In this document: positions 25,189-37,820 of the stretch, one piece after another
How positions within the stretch are numbered: position 1 is the first letter of the stretch
Layout of the letters: each line of letters opens with the position of its first letter
Assembly: GCA_963766715.1 (NCBI GenBank)
Contig: CAVYBH010000013.1
Coordinates: 256,001 to 320,000, forward strand
Reading direction: 5' to 3'
DNA length: 64,000 bases
From: an uncultured delta proteobacterium
GTDB lineage: Bacteria; Myxococcota; Myxococcia; Myxococcales; Anaeromyxobacteraceae
The notes under the pieces: model-generated
Database searches by the model: none
What the model was told of the DNA's origin: nothing
What the model saw: the letters and a program-made list of their open reading frames with translations, nothing else
Made by a program: the position numbers and the translations under genes

Positions 25189-26105
25189 ATGTCCGACGCA
25201 GCCCATAGCCTCACCGCCGGCGCTCCCCGCCCCTCGTCGCGGCCGCGGCTTCGCCTGGATCCTCGGCGCCTACCTGCTGGCCCTGGTCGCGGCCCTCGCC
25301 ACCGCGCTCGCCCTGTCCGGCCGCGACCCGATCCTCGTGGCGCTCGCCGCCGACGTCGTGGCCACCGCGGTGGTCTTCGCCTTCAGCCTGGTCCTCGACA
25401 ACTCCAGCATGTACGACCCGTACTGGAGCGCGGCGCCCATTCCCATCGTCCTCTACTGGGCCATGGCCCCGGGCGGATCGGCCGCCCAGCCGCTCCGACA
25501 GTTCCTGGTCATCTTCCTGGTCACCGCCTGGGGCGTCCGCCTCACCGCGAACTGGGCCGTCCCGCTGGCACGGCCTCTCCGACGAGGACTTCCGGTACGT
25601 CGAGATCCGCAGCAAGACCGGGCGGCTCTTCTGGCCGGCGAGCTTCTTCAGCATCCACCTCTTCCCCACCGGCTGGGTCTTCCTCGCCCTGCTCTCCACC
25701 TGGCCGGCCCTGAACGGCCCCGGGCGCCCGCTCGGCTGGCTGGACGCGCTCGCCGCGGGGGTCACCGCCGGCGCCATCCTCATCGAGGGCATCTCCGACC
25801 TCCAGCTGCGCCGCTTCATGCGCACGCGCCGCGACAAGGAGTCGGTGCTCGACGTCGGGCTCTGGGCCTGGAGCCGCCATCCGAACTACTTCGGCGAGGT
25901 CGCCTTCTGGTGGGGGCTGTGGCTCTTCGGCCTCGCCGCCCGTCCGGCCTGGGCCTGGACCGTCGTCGGCCCGATCTCCATCACGTTGCTCTTCGTCCTC
26001 GTCTCCATCCCGTGGATGGACCGGCGCATGCTGGAGCGCCACCCGGACTGGGCGGGGCACATGAAGCGCACGTCGGCCTTCTTCCCGCTCCCGCCCCGGC
26101 GCTGA
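25189..26105 (+). CDS. DUF1295 (steroid 5-alpha-reductase-like) membrane protein, frameshifted
   Basis: NSSMYDPYWS, EDFRY, GLWAWSRHPNYFGE. Confidence 0.85.
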
Positions 26106-26121
26106 ACCGGGGCGGCGGCGG

Positions 26122-28417
26122 TCACGCCTTCTCGCGCTCGATCGCCGCGGGGCGCTCGCCGCGAGAGCAGCCAGAGCGAGGCCGGCAGGGCGGTGAAGTC
26201 GGCCACCATGGAGAGCAGGAAGGCGGCCGCGGTGATCACCCCGAACTGCCGCAAGGGCGGGAAGTTCGACACCGAGAGCGCCAGGAACCCGGCCGCGTTG
26301 ATGAGCGTCGCGAAGACGATGGCGCGCCCCGATACACGGAGAGTGTAGCGGAGCGATTCCTCGAACCCCATCTTCTCGTGCCGCCCCTCCTGCAGGTGGT
26401 AGAAGAAGTGGATCTGGTCGTTCTCGGTGGTGCCGAGCACGGTCGTGGCGATGAGGATGGTGGCCACGTTGAGCGACCCGCCCAGGAGCCGCATCCCCAG
26501 GAACGTGGCCAGGATGGCGAACACCGACGGGATCATCGCCATGAGCCGCGCCGACGGGCTGCGGAAGACGAACAGGAAGGCCAGGAAGATGAGCCCGGCG
26601 GTGAGGGCGAAGCTCTCGGTCAGCGTGGGCACGAGGCTCGCGCCCACCTTGGCCTGCAGGAGCGACTCGCCGACCACCTGCATCTCCACGCCCCGGAAGG
26701 CCGGATCGCCCTTCACGTCGGCGTCCCAGGCCCGGTGCAGGCCGGCCGAGAGCCGCTCGTAGTCCTTCTCGTCGAACCCGTTGAAGACCACCGTGAGCTG
26801 GACGTTCCCGAGCGTCCCCACGTCCATGAAGGCCCGGAGCTCGCCCTCGGTGAGCAGGAGCTGCTCCACGTCGGCCGCCGCCTCCTCGAAGGCCTTCGGG
26901 TCCTGGGGAAGCTGGTCGCCCTGGCCGGCGATGTAGCGGCGCATGCGCAGGAAGGTGGTGGGCCCCACCACGCCCGAGACCTCGGGGAGCCGCTCCACCG
27001 AGGTGGCGAACCGGTCGATGCCGCGCAGGAACTCGGGGTCCACCGCCCCGCCCGGCGGCGTCCGCACCCAGACCCGGGCCACGTTCAGCCCGGCCACGTT
27101 CTTGCGGAACCAGACCATGTCCTTGTGGATGGGCAGGCTCGCGTCGACGTAGTCGAGCGAGTCGACCCCCACGCCCATGGGCGCCACCACGCCAGGCAGG
27201 CCGAAGAGCCCGACCGCGCCCGCGGCCGAGACCACCAGGGCGCCCACCACGAGCGGCCACCGGAACCGCCAGGTGAAGACCGGGAGCACCTCGGCCAGCC
27301 GGTCGTAGAAGCGGGTGCGGATGGCCACCGTCCGCCCGGTGGGGGTGCGCAGGAGCTTCTGCAGGGCCGGGAAGAGGGTGAAGGCCGTGATCCACCCCAG
27401 CGCCAGCCCCACCGCGGTCCAGACGCCCATCTCCCGCACCGGGAGGATGCGCGAGACCGCCAGCGCGCCGAAGCCCAGCACCGCGGCCACCGTCGACGCC
27501 GTCACCGGGAGGAACTTGTTGGCGAGCGCGAAGACCTGGTGGGCGTCGACCTCGGTGCCCTCCGGCTGGTCGACGAAGCGCGACTGGAGGTAGACCAGGG
27601 TCGCCAGCGTCGTCACCATCACCGTCAGTGGAACGAGCGCCGACACCACGGTGAAGGAGAAGCCGAGCAGGGAGCCCGCGCCCACCCCCAGGGCCACGGC
27701 GCTGCCCAGCGCGACCAGGATGGCGAGCAGCGTCCGCCAGGACCGGTAGAGGAAGAACGGAGATCGCCACCACGAAGGCCCCGAAGAGCGGGAAGTACCG
27801 GAGCGAGGCCGATCCCGACTCGTGCTCGATCCAGGCCTCGACGAGCGGCGCGCCCACCCGGCGGATGCCCTTCACCCCGGGACCTGGCTCGCCGACCGCC
27901 TTCTCGATCGCGGCCAGCGTCCGGGCCCGCGCCTCTCCCTTGCCGCCGAAGCCGGCGACCACCGCCTGGAAGTCCTTCCCCACCAGCCCCTGCCGCCGGA
28001 GGATGTCGGTGCCGGTGGCGAACTTCCGGAAGGCCTGGGCCGAGGCCGGGTCGGGCTGGAAGCGAGGGTCGACCCGCCGGTAGATGTCGAGCGCCGACAC
28101 CGGGAAGCACGCCCGGGATCGTCTTCAGCCGATCCTCCAGGCCGGCGACCTGCCGCAGCACGTCGGGGCTCCAGGGGTCCTCGCTCTCGACGAGCAGGAG
28201 GACCACCTGCCCCTCCGGGAAGACCTTCTGGAAGGCGCGGGTGGCGACGAAGTCCGGGTCGGAGGGGATGATGAGCCGGTCGATGGCCCCTTCCGACGGG
28301 ATGCGCATCGCCAGGACGACGGCGATCGGGCAGGAGCAAGGCGTACAGCGCGAGGATGGGGACGCGCCAGGACACGATGCGACGGAAGACGCGTTCCAGG
28401 AGGGGATGTCGGTCCAT
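26122..28417 (-). CDS. MMPL/RND family transporter, several frameshifts
   Basis: Two TM blocks with periplasmic loops; GFGALAVSRILPVREMG, GRAIVFATLINAAGFLALSVSNFPPLRQFG; end inferred. Confidence 0.8.
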
Positions 28418-28485
28418 CGGTGCCACGATACGTAGCACTGGCCCGGTGCTGTCGGGTAGTGTCCGCGACGGACCGGGAGGGACGC

Positions 28486-28905
28486 ATGCTGGAGCGCATC
28501 GGGATCTCGCTCGAGGAGGACCTCCTCGCACAGTTCGACCGGCTCATCGCCGAGAAGGGCTACGTCAACCGGTCGGAGGCCATCCGGGACCTCATCCGGG
28601 ACTCGCTGGTCCAGCGCGAGTGGGCCGAGTCGAGCGGCCGGGAGGAGAAGGTGGCGGTCGTGACCCTCGTCTACGACCACGACTCCGCCAGCCTGGCCCA
28701 GAAGCTGGCCCACATCCAGCACGAGAACCACCGGGCGGTCGTGTCGGCGCTCCACATCCACCTCGACCCGCACAACTGCCTCGAGGTGCTGGTGCTGCGG
28801 GGGCGGGCCCGCGACGTCTCCGCCATGGGGGACGGGCTCGTCTCCACGAAGGGCGTCAAGTTCGGGAAGGTGGTCCCGGCCACCACCGGCGAGGGGCTGC
28901 GCTAG
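28486..28905 (+). CDS. nikR: Nickel-responsive regulator NikR
   Basis: RIGISL...YVNRSEAIRDLIR (RHH), YDH, QH, HIHLDPHNCLE. Confidence 0.95.
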   Translation: MLERIGISLEEDLLAQFDRLIAEKGYVNRSEAIRDLIRDSLVQREWAESSGREEKVAVVTLVYDHDSASLAQKLAHIQHENHRAVVSALHIHLDPHNCLEVLVLRGRARDVSAMGDGLVSTKGVKFGKVVPATTGEGLR

Positions 28906-29240
28906 GCGCGGAAGACGAAGTAGACCGCCCCCATCAGGCAGATCCCGGCCCACACGTAGTCGAGCTTCACCGGCTGTCCCATGTAGAGGACGGCGAACGG
29001 GACGAAGACCGACAGCGTCACCACCTCCTGCAGGATCTTGAGCTGGGGGAGCGTCATCACCCCGTACCCGATCCGTTGGCCGGGACCTGCACCAGGTACT
29101 CGAAGAGGGCGATGCCCAGGACACAGCGCCGCCACCCACCAGGCGCTCCGCGCAGGTCTTGAGGTGGCCGTACCAGGCGAACGTCATGAAGACGTTCGAG
29201 ACCACGAGGAGCAGGGTGGCGACGACCGCGGGATGCGCAT
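28902..29240 (-). CDS. DMT family protein (DUF486-like), frameshifted
   Basis: SNVFMTFAWYGHLK...QLKILQEVVTLSVFVPF. Confidence 0.85.
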
Positions 29241-29242
29241 GG

Positions 29243-31763
29243 CTACTTCTCGGGCGGCGGCCCGCCCCGCAGCGCCCGGGCGGCCGGCTCCTCGACCGAC
29301 ACCACGTGCAGGTCCCGCTGCGGGAACGGGATGGAGATGCCGGCCTCGTCGAGCTTGGCCACGATGGCGGTGCGGGCCTCGCCGGCGATGGTCAGGGCGC
29401 GGTCGAAGCGCGCCGTCCAGAAGCGCAGCTGGAAGTTGAGCGCGCTGTCGCCCAGGGCGGTGAAGAGCACCAGCGGCGCCGGATCGGAGAGCACGTCGAC
29501 GTTCTGCCGCGCGACCAGGAGCAGGATCTCCTGCACCTTCTCGATGTCGCTCCCGTAGGCCACGCCGACGTCGATCTCCACGCGGCGGGCCTGGTCGGTG
29601 AGCGTCCAGTTGGTCAGCTGGTTCGAGACCAGGCTGGAGTTCGGCATCACCACCTCCGCCCCCTGGAAGGTCTTGATGGTGCTGGAGCGGATGCCGATGT
29701 GGCTCACCGTCCCGGTCGCGGTCCCCACGTCGATGACGTCTCCCACGCGGATGGGGCGCTCGTAGAGCAGGATGAGCCCGGAGACGAAGTTGTTCACCAC
29801 GTTCTGCAGGCCGAAGCCGATGCCGACCGACAGCGTGCCCAGGATGACCGTGAAGCGGGTCACGTCCATGCCGGACGCCAGCACCGCGACGAGGAACCCC
29901 ATCCCCACCATCAGGTAGCCGACCGTCTTGGAGATGGCGACGGGCACGCCGGCGGGCAGCCGGGCGTCCCGGTCGAGGTAGCCTTCGAGGACGAGCCGGA
30001 GCAGGCGCGCCAGGAGGATCGCGACGTACAGCGTGACGCCGAAGGCGGCCAGGTCGCCGAGCGACACGTCGAGGCCGCCGACCTTGAGCCGGGCGGTGAA
30101 CGCGACGCCGATCGCGTCCGCCACGGCGCCGTCGGCGTGGAAGAGCCGCAGGGTACCCACGATCCAGAGGAGGGTCGCACCCCACTCGATGAAGGTGGAC
30201 CCCTTGCGAGGCGATGGCGTCCGCGTGCTCGGCGAGGACGTGGAACCTGCGGATCTCCGGCATGCGGAGGCCGCCCACGAGCAGCGCCCGGAGGACGCGT
30301 GCCACCGCGGCGAGCAGGAGCGCGATCATCCCGGTGGACAGCGACCCGTCGGTGAGGCGCCGGGCGAGGCTGACGTTGCCGACCACGTTCGCCAGGAGCG
30401 CCACGACGAGGAGGGCGCCGAGCACCCCGATCGCGATCCGGACGTGCGCCCTCCGCCGGGGACGGGTCACCGACCCGGTCCAGGGCGCATCCTTCCGGAG
30501 CATCCTCGGACGCCGCCACGATGCCGATCAGCGCCACCACGAACGTCAGGAGCCGGCCGGGCAACGAGTACGCCGGCAGCAGGGCCCCGATCCGGGCGGA
30601 CGCGAAGAGCGCGGTGAACCCGTAGAGCGACCACCGCAGTGCACGGCCCGAGGAGGTTCCGGGTGAGCACGCAGGAAGGGCGGCAGCATGAGCAGCACGA
30701 CCGCCTCGGTGAAGACGGCCGGGGCCCGCGGCAGGATCCAGGAGGTGAGGCTCAGCGCGACGAGGAGGCCGGCCGAGATCGGGTGTGCGAGGACCTCCGC
30801 GGGCGCTGCCAGCTCGGGGTCGTCCGCGGCCCTCCTGGCGAAGCGGCGCCCCGACCAGGCGACGACGCACCACGACGACCACGAAGGACAGGAGCACCCA
30901 GAGGAACCCGGCTCCCTCCTCCCGGACGAAGGCGGAGATGGAGGAGACGTTGTGCTCGAACAGCCGCCGGAGCTGGCCCCCGAAGTCGCGGAGCGGCGCC
31001 CGGCGCGCGAGAAGACCGTCCAGATGGGCTTGGCCTCGATCTCGAAGAGCTGCTGCTCCCGGACGGCGTCGGCCCGGTCGGCAGCGGAGAGCCAGCCCAG
31101 GATGCGGATCCGCAGGCTCCCCACCCGGTCCTGGGCGGCCAGCAGCTTGTCGAGCTGCGCCTTCACCGACTTCTGGAGATCCGCGATCTCCTTGCGGACC
31201 GTGCGGGTGCGCTCGGCGATCTCCGCCGCCCCTCCATCCTCGGCCACCTTCTCCTCGGTGAGCTTCCAGACCGCCGCCATCCGCTCCAGCTCCTTCAGGG
31301 ACCCGTAGCTGGACCGGACGGCGTCCTCGATCCTGCTGCTCCACCGGCCGAGGAGCGCGTCCTGCCGCAGCATCTCCTGGCGGAAGTCGACGAGGTCCCG
31401 GTCGGAGAGCATGGACATCGGCTGGCGGGTGAACTGCTCGCCGGCCTGCTCGACGGCCTTCGCGACGTCGTCGAGCGGCTCGAGCGTGCCATCGAGCAGC
31501 GCCTCGGGGCCGCCCTTCGCCCGGATGGCCGCCAGGCTCCGGTACGCCTCGACCGCCGCCGGCACCACCTTGGGCAGGGGGATCGCCGCCGGCTCCTGCG
31601 CCGCGGTCGCCTTGGCGTCGGCGGGCTTCGCGTCGGTCGCCGGCCCGGGCCGGTCAGGAGGTCGAGCGGCCCGGCGGCGAGAACCGGGGCGGCCGGGACG
31701 AGGAGGAGCCGCCGCGGCGAGGACCGCGGCACGCGCGGGGGAGCGGGGCGTCATCGTCGCCAT
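29243..31763 (-). CDS. Large MscS-family mechanosensitive channel (MscK-like), several frameshifts
   Basis: C-terminal GIGFGLQNVVNNFVSGLILLYERPIRVGD, IGIRS, IPFPQRDL; N-terminal coiled-coil region. Confidence 0.85.
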
Positions 31764-31780
31764 GCTAGTCGAATGTCCGC

Positions 31781-33256
31781 CTAGCGCGAGCGCCTGGACG
31801 CCGCGACCCGGCGCCCGGCGCCCACCCGGGGCGCCGCGGCCCGTCCGGGTGCACAGGTGTCGCAGCTGGCCCCGCAGGGATCGATCTGCTCGCCGAAGTG
31901 GCGCCCCAGCAGCCTGTGGCGGCAGCCGCTCGACTCGGCCCACTCGAACATGGCCCGGGCCTTCTGGCGCTGGAACCTCGCCGTCTCGGGGTCGTCGGTG
32001 CTCTCCGCGAGCCGGTCGTGGGCCATCACGTCGGCCCAGGAGTAGAGCAGCACGCAGTCGGACGGCTCCCCGTCCCGGCCGGCGCGGCCGATCTCCTGGG
32101 TGTAGCCCTCGATCGACCCCGGCATGTCCCGGTGGATGACGTAGCGGATGTCGGGCTTGTCGATGCCCATCCCGAAGGCGACGGTCGCCACGACCACGTC
32201 GGCGCCGCCCCGCAGGAAGGCGTCCTGCACCCGCTCCCGCTCGTCGGCCTCCAGCCCGGCGTGGTACGCCAGCGCCTTCACTTTTCGTGAACGAAGGAAC
32301 TCGGCCACCGACTCGGCCGACTTCCGCGCGATGCAGTAGACGATGCCGCTCTCCCCGCGCCGGGCGCGGACCCGGTCCAGGATCTCCTCGCGCGACTTCA
32401 CCCCGTCGCCGCCCTTCTTCACCACCTCGAGCCGGAGGTTCGAACGGAACACCGAGCCCCGGGAGACGACCGGGTCGCGCATCCCCAGCTGCTCGGCGAT
32501 GTCGTTCGCCACCTTCGGCGTGGCGGTGGCGGTGAGCGCCAGCACCGGGGCGTTGCCGAAGCGGGCCCGCAGGCCGGCCAGGTTGCGGTAGGCGGGCCGG
32601 AAGTCGTGCCCCCAGTGGCTGATGCAGTGGGCCTCGTCGACCGCGACGAGCGACAGGCGCGCGCCGGCCAGCGCCGCCCCGGCCGCGCCCTCCAGCCCCT
32701 CGGGCGCCGCGTAGACGAGCTCGTACTCTCCGCGGCGGATGGCGGCGACGCGCGTCCGCCTCTCCTCGGCGTCGAGGGCCGAGTTGAGGAAGGTGGCCCG
32801 CAGCCCGACGCGCCCCATCGCCTCGACCTGGTCCTTCATGAGGGCGATGAGCGGGGAGACGACCAGCGTCACCCCGCCGAGCACGCGCGCCGGGAGCTGG
32901 TAGGTGAGCGACTTCCCCGAGCCGGTGGGCAGCACGCCGAGGGCGTCCCGCCCCGCCAGGACCGCATCCACGAGCTCGCGCTGCCCGGGGCGGAACGAGG
33001 CGAATCCGAACACCCCTTTCAGGACCTCCAGGGGATCTGCCCGGATCGGGGCAGGAGACATCGGCGTGGCGTCGGCCTCGGGCGCCGCGGGGCGGACGAG
33101 CCGCGCCGCCTCCGCTGCGAAGAGCGACGGGCGGTCGCGCCGGAGGTTGCGCAGGGCCGCGACGGTGGCGGTGATCCGGGCGCGCAACTCGTCGTCGCCC
33201 TGGGGCGCCTCGCGCCATGCCTCCAGGAGGGAGGCCACATCCGGGTGGAGCTTCAT
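31781..33256 (-). CDS. recQ: RecQ-family ATP-dependent DNA helicase (short form)
   Basis: LPTGSGKS, VDEAHCISHWGHDFRP, ATVAFGMGIDK, QEIGRAGRDG, Zn site CRH...CGASCDTC. Confidence 0.9.
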   Translation of the reverse strand: MKLHPDVASLLEAWREAPQGDDELRARITATVAALRNLRRDRPSLFAAEAARLVRPAAPEADATPMSPAPIRADPLEVLKGVFGFASFRPGQRELVDAVLAGRDALGVLPTGSGKSLTYQLPARVLGGVTLVVSPLIALMKDQVEAMGRVGLRATFLNSALDAEERRTRVAAIRRGEYELVYAAPEGLEGAAGAALAGARLSLVAVDEAHCISHWGHDFRPAYRNLAGLRARFGNAPVLALTATATPKVANDIAEQLGMRDPVVSRGSVFRSNLRLEVVKKGGDGVKSREEILDRVRARRGESGIVYCIARKSAESVAEFLRSRKVKALAYHAGLEADERERVQDAFLRGGADVVVATVAFGMGIDKPDIRYVIHRDMPGSIEGYTQEIGRAGRDGEPSDCVLLYSWADVMAHDRLAESTDDPETARFQRQKARAMFEWAESSGCRHRLLGRHFGEQIDPCGASCDTCAPGRAAAPRVGAGRRVAASRRSR

Positions 33257-33314
33257 CGGGGGCGGAACCTAGCACCTCGTCGCCCGCGAGCGTTAGAGTC
33301 GACCAGGCCCCTCC

Positions 33315-34665
33315 ATGCCCCACCTCTCCTCGAGCCGCCACCTCCGACTCGGCCTCGCGCTGGGCTCGCTCGCGCTCGCGTCCTGCTCGGCCATCTCGGC
33401 GGGCATGGGCGAGATCACCGGGTCCACGCAGAAGAAGGAGCAGGCGGAGAAGATCGCCCGGGTCCAGGCCGAGGTGATGGCCTTCGCCGACCTGTACGTC
33501 GGCAACGTGCTCGACTCGACGGCGCGCATCCCGACGCCGACCGCGCAGGACCAGGTCCGGCTGCTGGGCTTCCAGGCCCGGCAGGCGAGCGCCGCCTACG
33601 AGATCGCCTCCGGCGCCAATCCGCTCGTGAACCTGGTGGACATGGCCATCCTCACCACGCTCACGCGGACCGTGGTCCAGGCCCACTGGATCCCCGAGGT
33701 CTTCCACGAGGCCGGGGACCCGCTCGTGAAGGGGCTCACGACGCTCGAGCCGAAGGTCTGGAAGATGGTCGACGAGGTGATGGACAAGGAGCAGAAGGCC
33801 CGGCTCCAGCAGTTCATCTCCGGCTGGCTCACCAGGTATCCGGACGTCCGGGACGTCTCCTCGGTCCGCCTCGCCGACCTGTCCGCGGTCTCGACCCGGG
33901 GCGCGATGAGCCTCGGGACGCCGACCGAGCTGCTCCAGTCCTTCGGACTCGATCCCTTCAGCCGGCATCGACCCGGCGGTCGCCGAGGTGCAGCAGAGCC
34001 GGGTGCTCGCCGAGCGGGCCTTCTACTACGCCAAGCGCTGGCCCCGGCTCATCGAGCTCGAGACCCGCCAGCTCACGCTCCAGCTCGCCCTCCAGCCGGC
34101 CCCGGCGAGCCTGCTCGCCGACGTGAACCGGGTCTCGCTCGCGGCCGAGTCGGTGGCCCGCACGGCAGAGGGGCTCCCGGCGCTCGCCGACCGGGAGCGC
34201 GAGGCCGCCATCCGGCAGGTCCTCGACGCCATGGAGGCGCAGGAAGGACGGGCCCGCGCGCTCCTCGCCGAGATGCGCCGGACGCTCGACGCCGGAACCG
34301 GCGCGGCCAACGCGGTCCACGGGGCGCTCCGCTCCCTCGACGCCATCATCGCGGCGACGAGCGCTCCCTCCCCTCCCGGCACGCCGCCGTCGAAGCCGTT
34401 CGACGTGAACGACTACACGCGGGCGCTCGAGCAGCTCGGCCGCTCCGCCACCCAGGTCGAGGCCCTGCTCCGCTCGGTCGACCAGGACGCGCCGCGCGTG
34501 GCCTCACTGATCGGCGACGCGGGACGGGAGGCCTCGGAACGGGGCCGGGCGCTCGTCGAGCTCGCTTTCCAGCGGGCCGTGGCGGCGGTGCTCATCCTCG
34601 TGGGCTCGGTGCTCGTCGCGGCGCTCGCCTACCGGTGGGCCGCGAACCGCATGAAGCGGACCTAA
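33315..34665 (+). CDS. Hypothetical lipoprotein with a C-terminal TM helix, frameshifted at about 33960
   Basis: Lipobox LASC, helical body, C-terminal hydrophobic segment. Confidence 0.65.
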
Positions 34666-34719
34666 CCTATTCGATGGGTCGCGGGTCGGACAGGTATGTC
34701 CCGAACCCCAGGAGCTTCC

Positions 34720-35283
34720 ATGCCCGCTCGTGCCGCCCTCGCCGCCCTCCTCCTCGCCTCCGCCCTTCCCGCCCAGGCGCGCCCCTTCACTCCCCCCGAC
34801 GAGGTGGTGGCGCTCCGCACCGAGATCGCGGCGCTGCAGCTCGACCGGGCGCTGGCGCTCACGCCGGACCAGGCCCGCTCGCTGCTCCCCCTCCTCCAGA
34901 AAGGGGCAGCCGAGGCGCAGTCCATCCGCGCCCGCCTGGAGACGGCGGACCCGGCGCTCGTCGCCGCCCTGACCCGCGCGCGGGACGAGCTCCGGTCGGG
35001 GTCGCCCGTGTCGGAGGCCACCCGGCAGGCCATCGCCGCCGCTCGCAAGGGGGAGCTCGGCGACGCCCGCGGCGAGCTCCGGTCCCTCCGAACGCAGGCG
35101 CTCGCCATCCTCACGCCTGCCCAGGTCGAGGCACTCCGGACGGTGCAGCTCGGCGCCGGTCCGGAGATGCACGCCGGGTCCCCGGTGGCGGCGCACGGGC
35201 GCGGCCCGGGGCGTCGCCTGGTCATGGGCCGGGTGCTCACCTCCGACGCGTTCCTGGCCCTCGTCCAGGCCCGGGCCCGCTGA
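34720..35283 (+). CDS. Secreted helical protein (Spy/CpxP-like LTxxQ motifs)
   Basis: Signal peptide; LALTPDQ and ILTPAQ motifs. Confidence 0.55.
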   Translation: MPARAALAALLLASALPAQARPFTPPDEVVALRTEIAALQLDRALALTPDQARSLLPLLQKGAAEAQSIRARLETADPALVAALTRARDELRSGSPVSEATRQAIAAARKGELGDARGELRSLRTQALAILTPAQVEALRTVQLGAGPEMHAGSPVAAHGRGPGRRLVMGRVLTSDAFLALVQARAR

Positions 35284-35332
35284 CGTTTCACGGGAGTGGT
35301 GCCCGACCCTCGCCGGTGTTATACCGCCGCCC

Positions 35333-35581
35333 ATGAGACTCGGATTCGGCGAGATCGCCATCATCCTCATCATCGCCCTGCTCATCTTCGGGCCGAAGAA
35401 GCTCCCCCAGCTCGGCGAGGCGCTCGGCAAGGGGATCCGGAACTTCAAGAAGTCCGCGGAGGGTCCGGACGAGGCTCCGCCCGCCAAGGAGACCCCGGCG
35501 ACCGAGCTTCCGGCTCACGCCCAGGGAGCCCAGACGCCGGCCTCCCAGCAGACGGTGACGAGCGAGCGGAAGCCGTCCTAG
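35333..35581 (+). CDS. tatA: TatA/E subunit (second copy)
   Basis: [41 protein letters not shown]. Confidence 0.92.
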   Translation: MRLGFGEIAIILIIALLIFGPKKLPQLGEALGKGIRNFKKSAEGPDEAPPAKETPATELPAHAQGAQTPASQQTVTSERKPS

Positions 35582-35607
35582 CAGCCCTGGCACCCGAGCC
35601 GTCGCCC

Positions 35608-35644
35608 GAAGGCCCGCGCAAGCTCGCGCGGGCCTTTCGCTTTT
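35608..35644 (+). terminator. Intrinsic terminator after tatA
   Basis: GGCCCGCGC-aagctc-GCGCGGGCC followed by TTTCGCTTTT. Confidence 0.65.
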
Positions 35645-35718
35645 CCGGGACCGCAACCGGCCGAGCGCCCCGGGTTGAAGGAAGCATTCCGATTGGGCTC
35701 GATGCCCGGAGGTCTCAC

Positions 35719-36961
35719 ATGAAGCTTCGCACCCTGCTCCTCGCCGCTCCCCTCGCCGTCGTCCTGGCGTGCGGCGGCTCCACCTCGACGGGCTCCGGCA
35801 GCGCGAACCTGAACGCCGCCACCCCGAGCTACTCCGCCATCTCCCTCGACCAGACCACCGCGGACACCACCCCGCCCGCCACCACCCTCGTCGCCCCCAT
35901 GACCGCCACGCAGATGGCGGGTCCGGGCGGCGGCTGCCACCCGCACCTCTTCATGCGCGAGCGCGAGGTGGTGGAGCGGGTGAACCGGCACATCTACAAG
36001 GTGCTCCGGAAGGTCGAGAAGCTCATCGCCACGAACCCCGTCGACGAGACGACCACCTCCAAGACCTGGACGAAGACCGAGTCGGGCGTCGACGTCTCCT
36101 TCACCATCCGGCTCGTCTCCCCCAGCGTCTACAGCTGGGAGCTCGACGCCGGGCCCGACGGGCGTCACGCCGCTGCCGGTCGTCATGACCGGCGAGATCG
36201 ACCGCAACGGCTACACCGGCGAGCACCAGGGCAAGGGCACGATGCAGGTCGACTTCGCCAAGCTCGCCGCCGCCTTCCCGGCCGACCACGTCTCCGGCGG
36301 GACCATCGAGGTCCAGTTCGACGTGTCCGGGACCTCCCGCAAGATCACCGTGGTGGCCGACCAGGTCACCTGGGAGCTCGACGCCTCGCACTTCGACGGC
36401 GGCATGATCCCGAGCGGACTCACCCAGCCCCGCAGCGGCGCGTACGTCTACTTCCGCGAGCCCGGCAAGGGCGGCAGCCTGAAGATCCAGGACGAGATGT
36501 CCTTCGCCTGCGGCATGGACCCGCGCATCACCAACGCCGCCCTGGTCCCCGCCAACGCCCAGATGATCTCCCGCTGGTTCAAGGCGGCCGACGGGACCAT
36601 CCACGGCCGCAGCGACGGGCTCGTCACCGGCGGGCAGCTCACCGGCACGAACGTCGCGAGCATCGTCGGCGTCACCTGCCACGACGCCTCTGCCGAGCAG
36701 CACATGCCGACCGAGGGGTTCTGGCTCATGAAGGCCGAGGACGCCGCAGGCGCCACGATCGTCGGCGCCTCCAGCACCAGCATGATGGACCCCACCGCCG
36801 CGGCCGCCCCGTGCGACGCGGCCTTCGGCGACGTGCCCGTCCTGGCCGACGACTCGAAGGACTTCACCGGCTGGCCGCCGCCGCCCGTCGGGCTCGGCGC
36901 CGGCCACGTCGATCAACCCTTCTACTCGGACAACGTCCCGTACCCGTTCCCGGGCATGTAG
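35719..36961 (+). CDS. Hypothetical lipoprotein, frameshifted at about 36160
   Basis: GGAGG SD, MKLRTLLLAAPLAVVLAC lipobox, beta-rich body. Confidence 0.7.
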
Positions 36962-36983
36962 CGCAGCGCCCCTGGGGGGCGTC

Positions 36984-37023
36984 GAAAGAGGCCTCCGGAT
37001 CCGTCCGGGGGCCTCTTTCATTT
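36984..37023. terminator. Bidirectional terminator between convergent genes
   Basis: GAAAGAGGCCTCCGGA...TCCGGGGGCCTCTTTC long inverted repeat. Confidence 0.7.
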
Positions 37024-37034
37024 CCGGGGGCCGC

Positions 37035-37820
37035 TCAGGACGCCGGGGGCGCCGCGGGGGGCAGGGCCAGCCGCCGCCCCTCTTCCGAAAGCTGGGGCGG
37101 GTGGGAGAGCCCCATTCGCGCGAGCCGGTACTGGAGCGCCGTGCCGAGCACGCCGAAGCCGTAGGTGACGCTGCGGCGGAAGTTGATCGACGAGGCCTCG
37201 GTGAAGTAGCGGGTCGGGCAGGTGAGCTCGCCGATGTCGAAGCCGAACCAGAGCGCCTGGGCCAGCATCTGGTTGTCGAAGACGAAGTCGTCCGAGTTCT
37301 CCTCGAGCGGCAGGCGCTCGAGCAGGCGCCGGGAGAAGGCCCGGTAGCCGGTGTGGTACTCGGAGAGCTTGTAGCCGAGCAGCAGGTTCTCGGAGAGGGT
37401 CAGGAAGCGGTTCGCCACGTACTTCCAGAGCGGCATCCCGCCCCGCCTGGCGCCGGTGCCGAGGATGCGCGAGCCGAGCACCGCGTCGAAGTGGCCGCTC
37501 GCCACCATGCCGGCCATCGCCGCGAGCAGCCGGGGCGAGTACTGGTAGTCCGGGTGGACCATGACCACGATGTCGGCGCCGCGCGCCAGCGCCTCGGTGT
37601 AGCAGGTCTTCTGGTTGCCGCCGTAGCCGCGGTTCCGCGGGTGGACCACCACGTGGAGCCCGAGCCGCCGGCCGATCTCCGACGTGTCGTCGTGGCTGGC
37701 GTCGTCGACGACGATGATGTCGTCGGCGACGTCGCGGTCGATCTCCTGGACCGTCTTCTCGAGCGTCTTCTCGGCGTTGTAGGCCGGCATGACGACGCAG
37801 ACGCGCTTCCCGCCAATCAT
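37035..37820 (-). CDS. GT2 glycosyltransferase (DPM-synthase-like)
   Basis: [30 protein letters not shown]. Confidence 0.92.
   Translation of the reverse strand: MIGGKRVCVVMPAYNAEKTLEKTVQEIDRDVADDIIVVDDASHDDTSEIGRRLGLHVVVHPRNRGYGGNQKTCYTEALARGADIVVMVHPDYQYSPRLLAAMAGMVASGHFDAVLGSRILGTGARRGGMPLWKYVANRFLTLSENLLLGYKLSEYHTGYRAFSRRLLERLPLEENSDDFVFDNQMLAQALWFGFDIGELTCPTRYFTEASSINFRRSVTYGFGVLGTALQYRLARMGLSHPPQLSEEGRRLALPPAAPPAS

Noticed and set aside
24404..28435. 1343-aa plus-strand ORF and similar long ORFs (7198-10326, 30546-33968, 55948-58383)
   Set aside because: Arg/Gly/Pro-rich shadow frames overlapping recognisable genes or the tRNA; expected in high-GC DNA.
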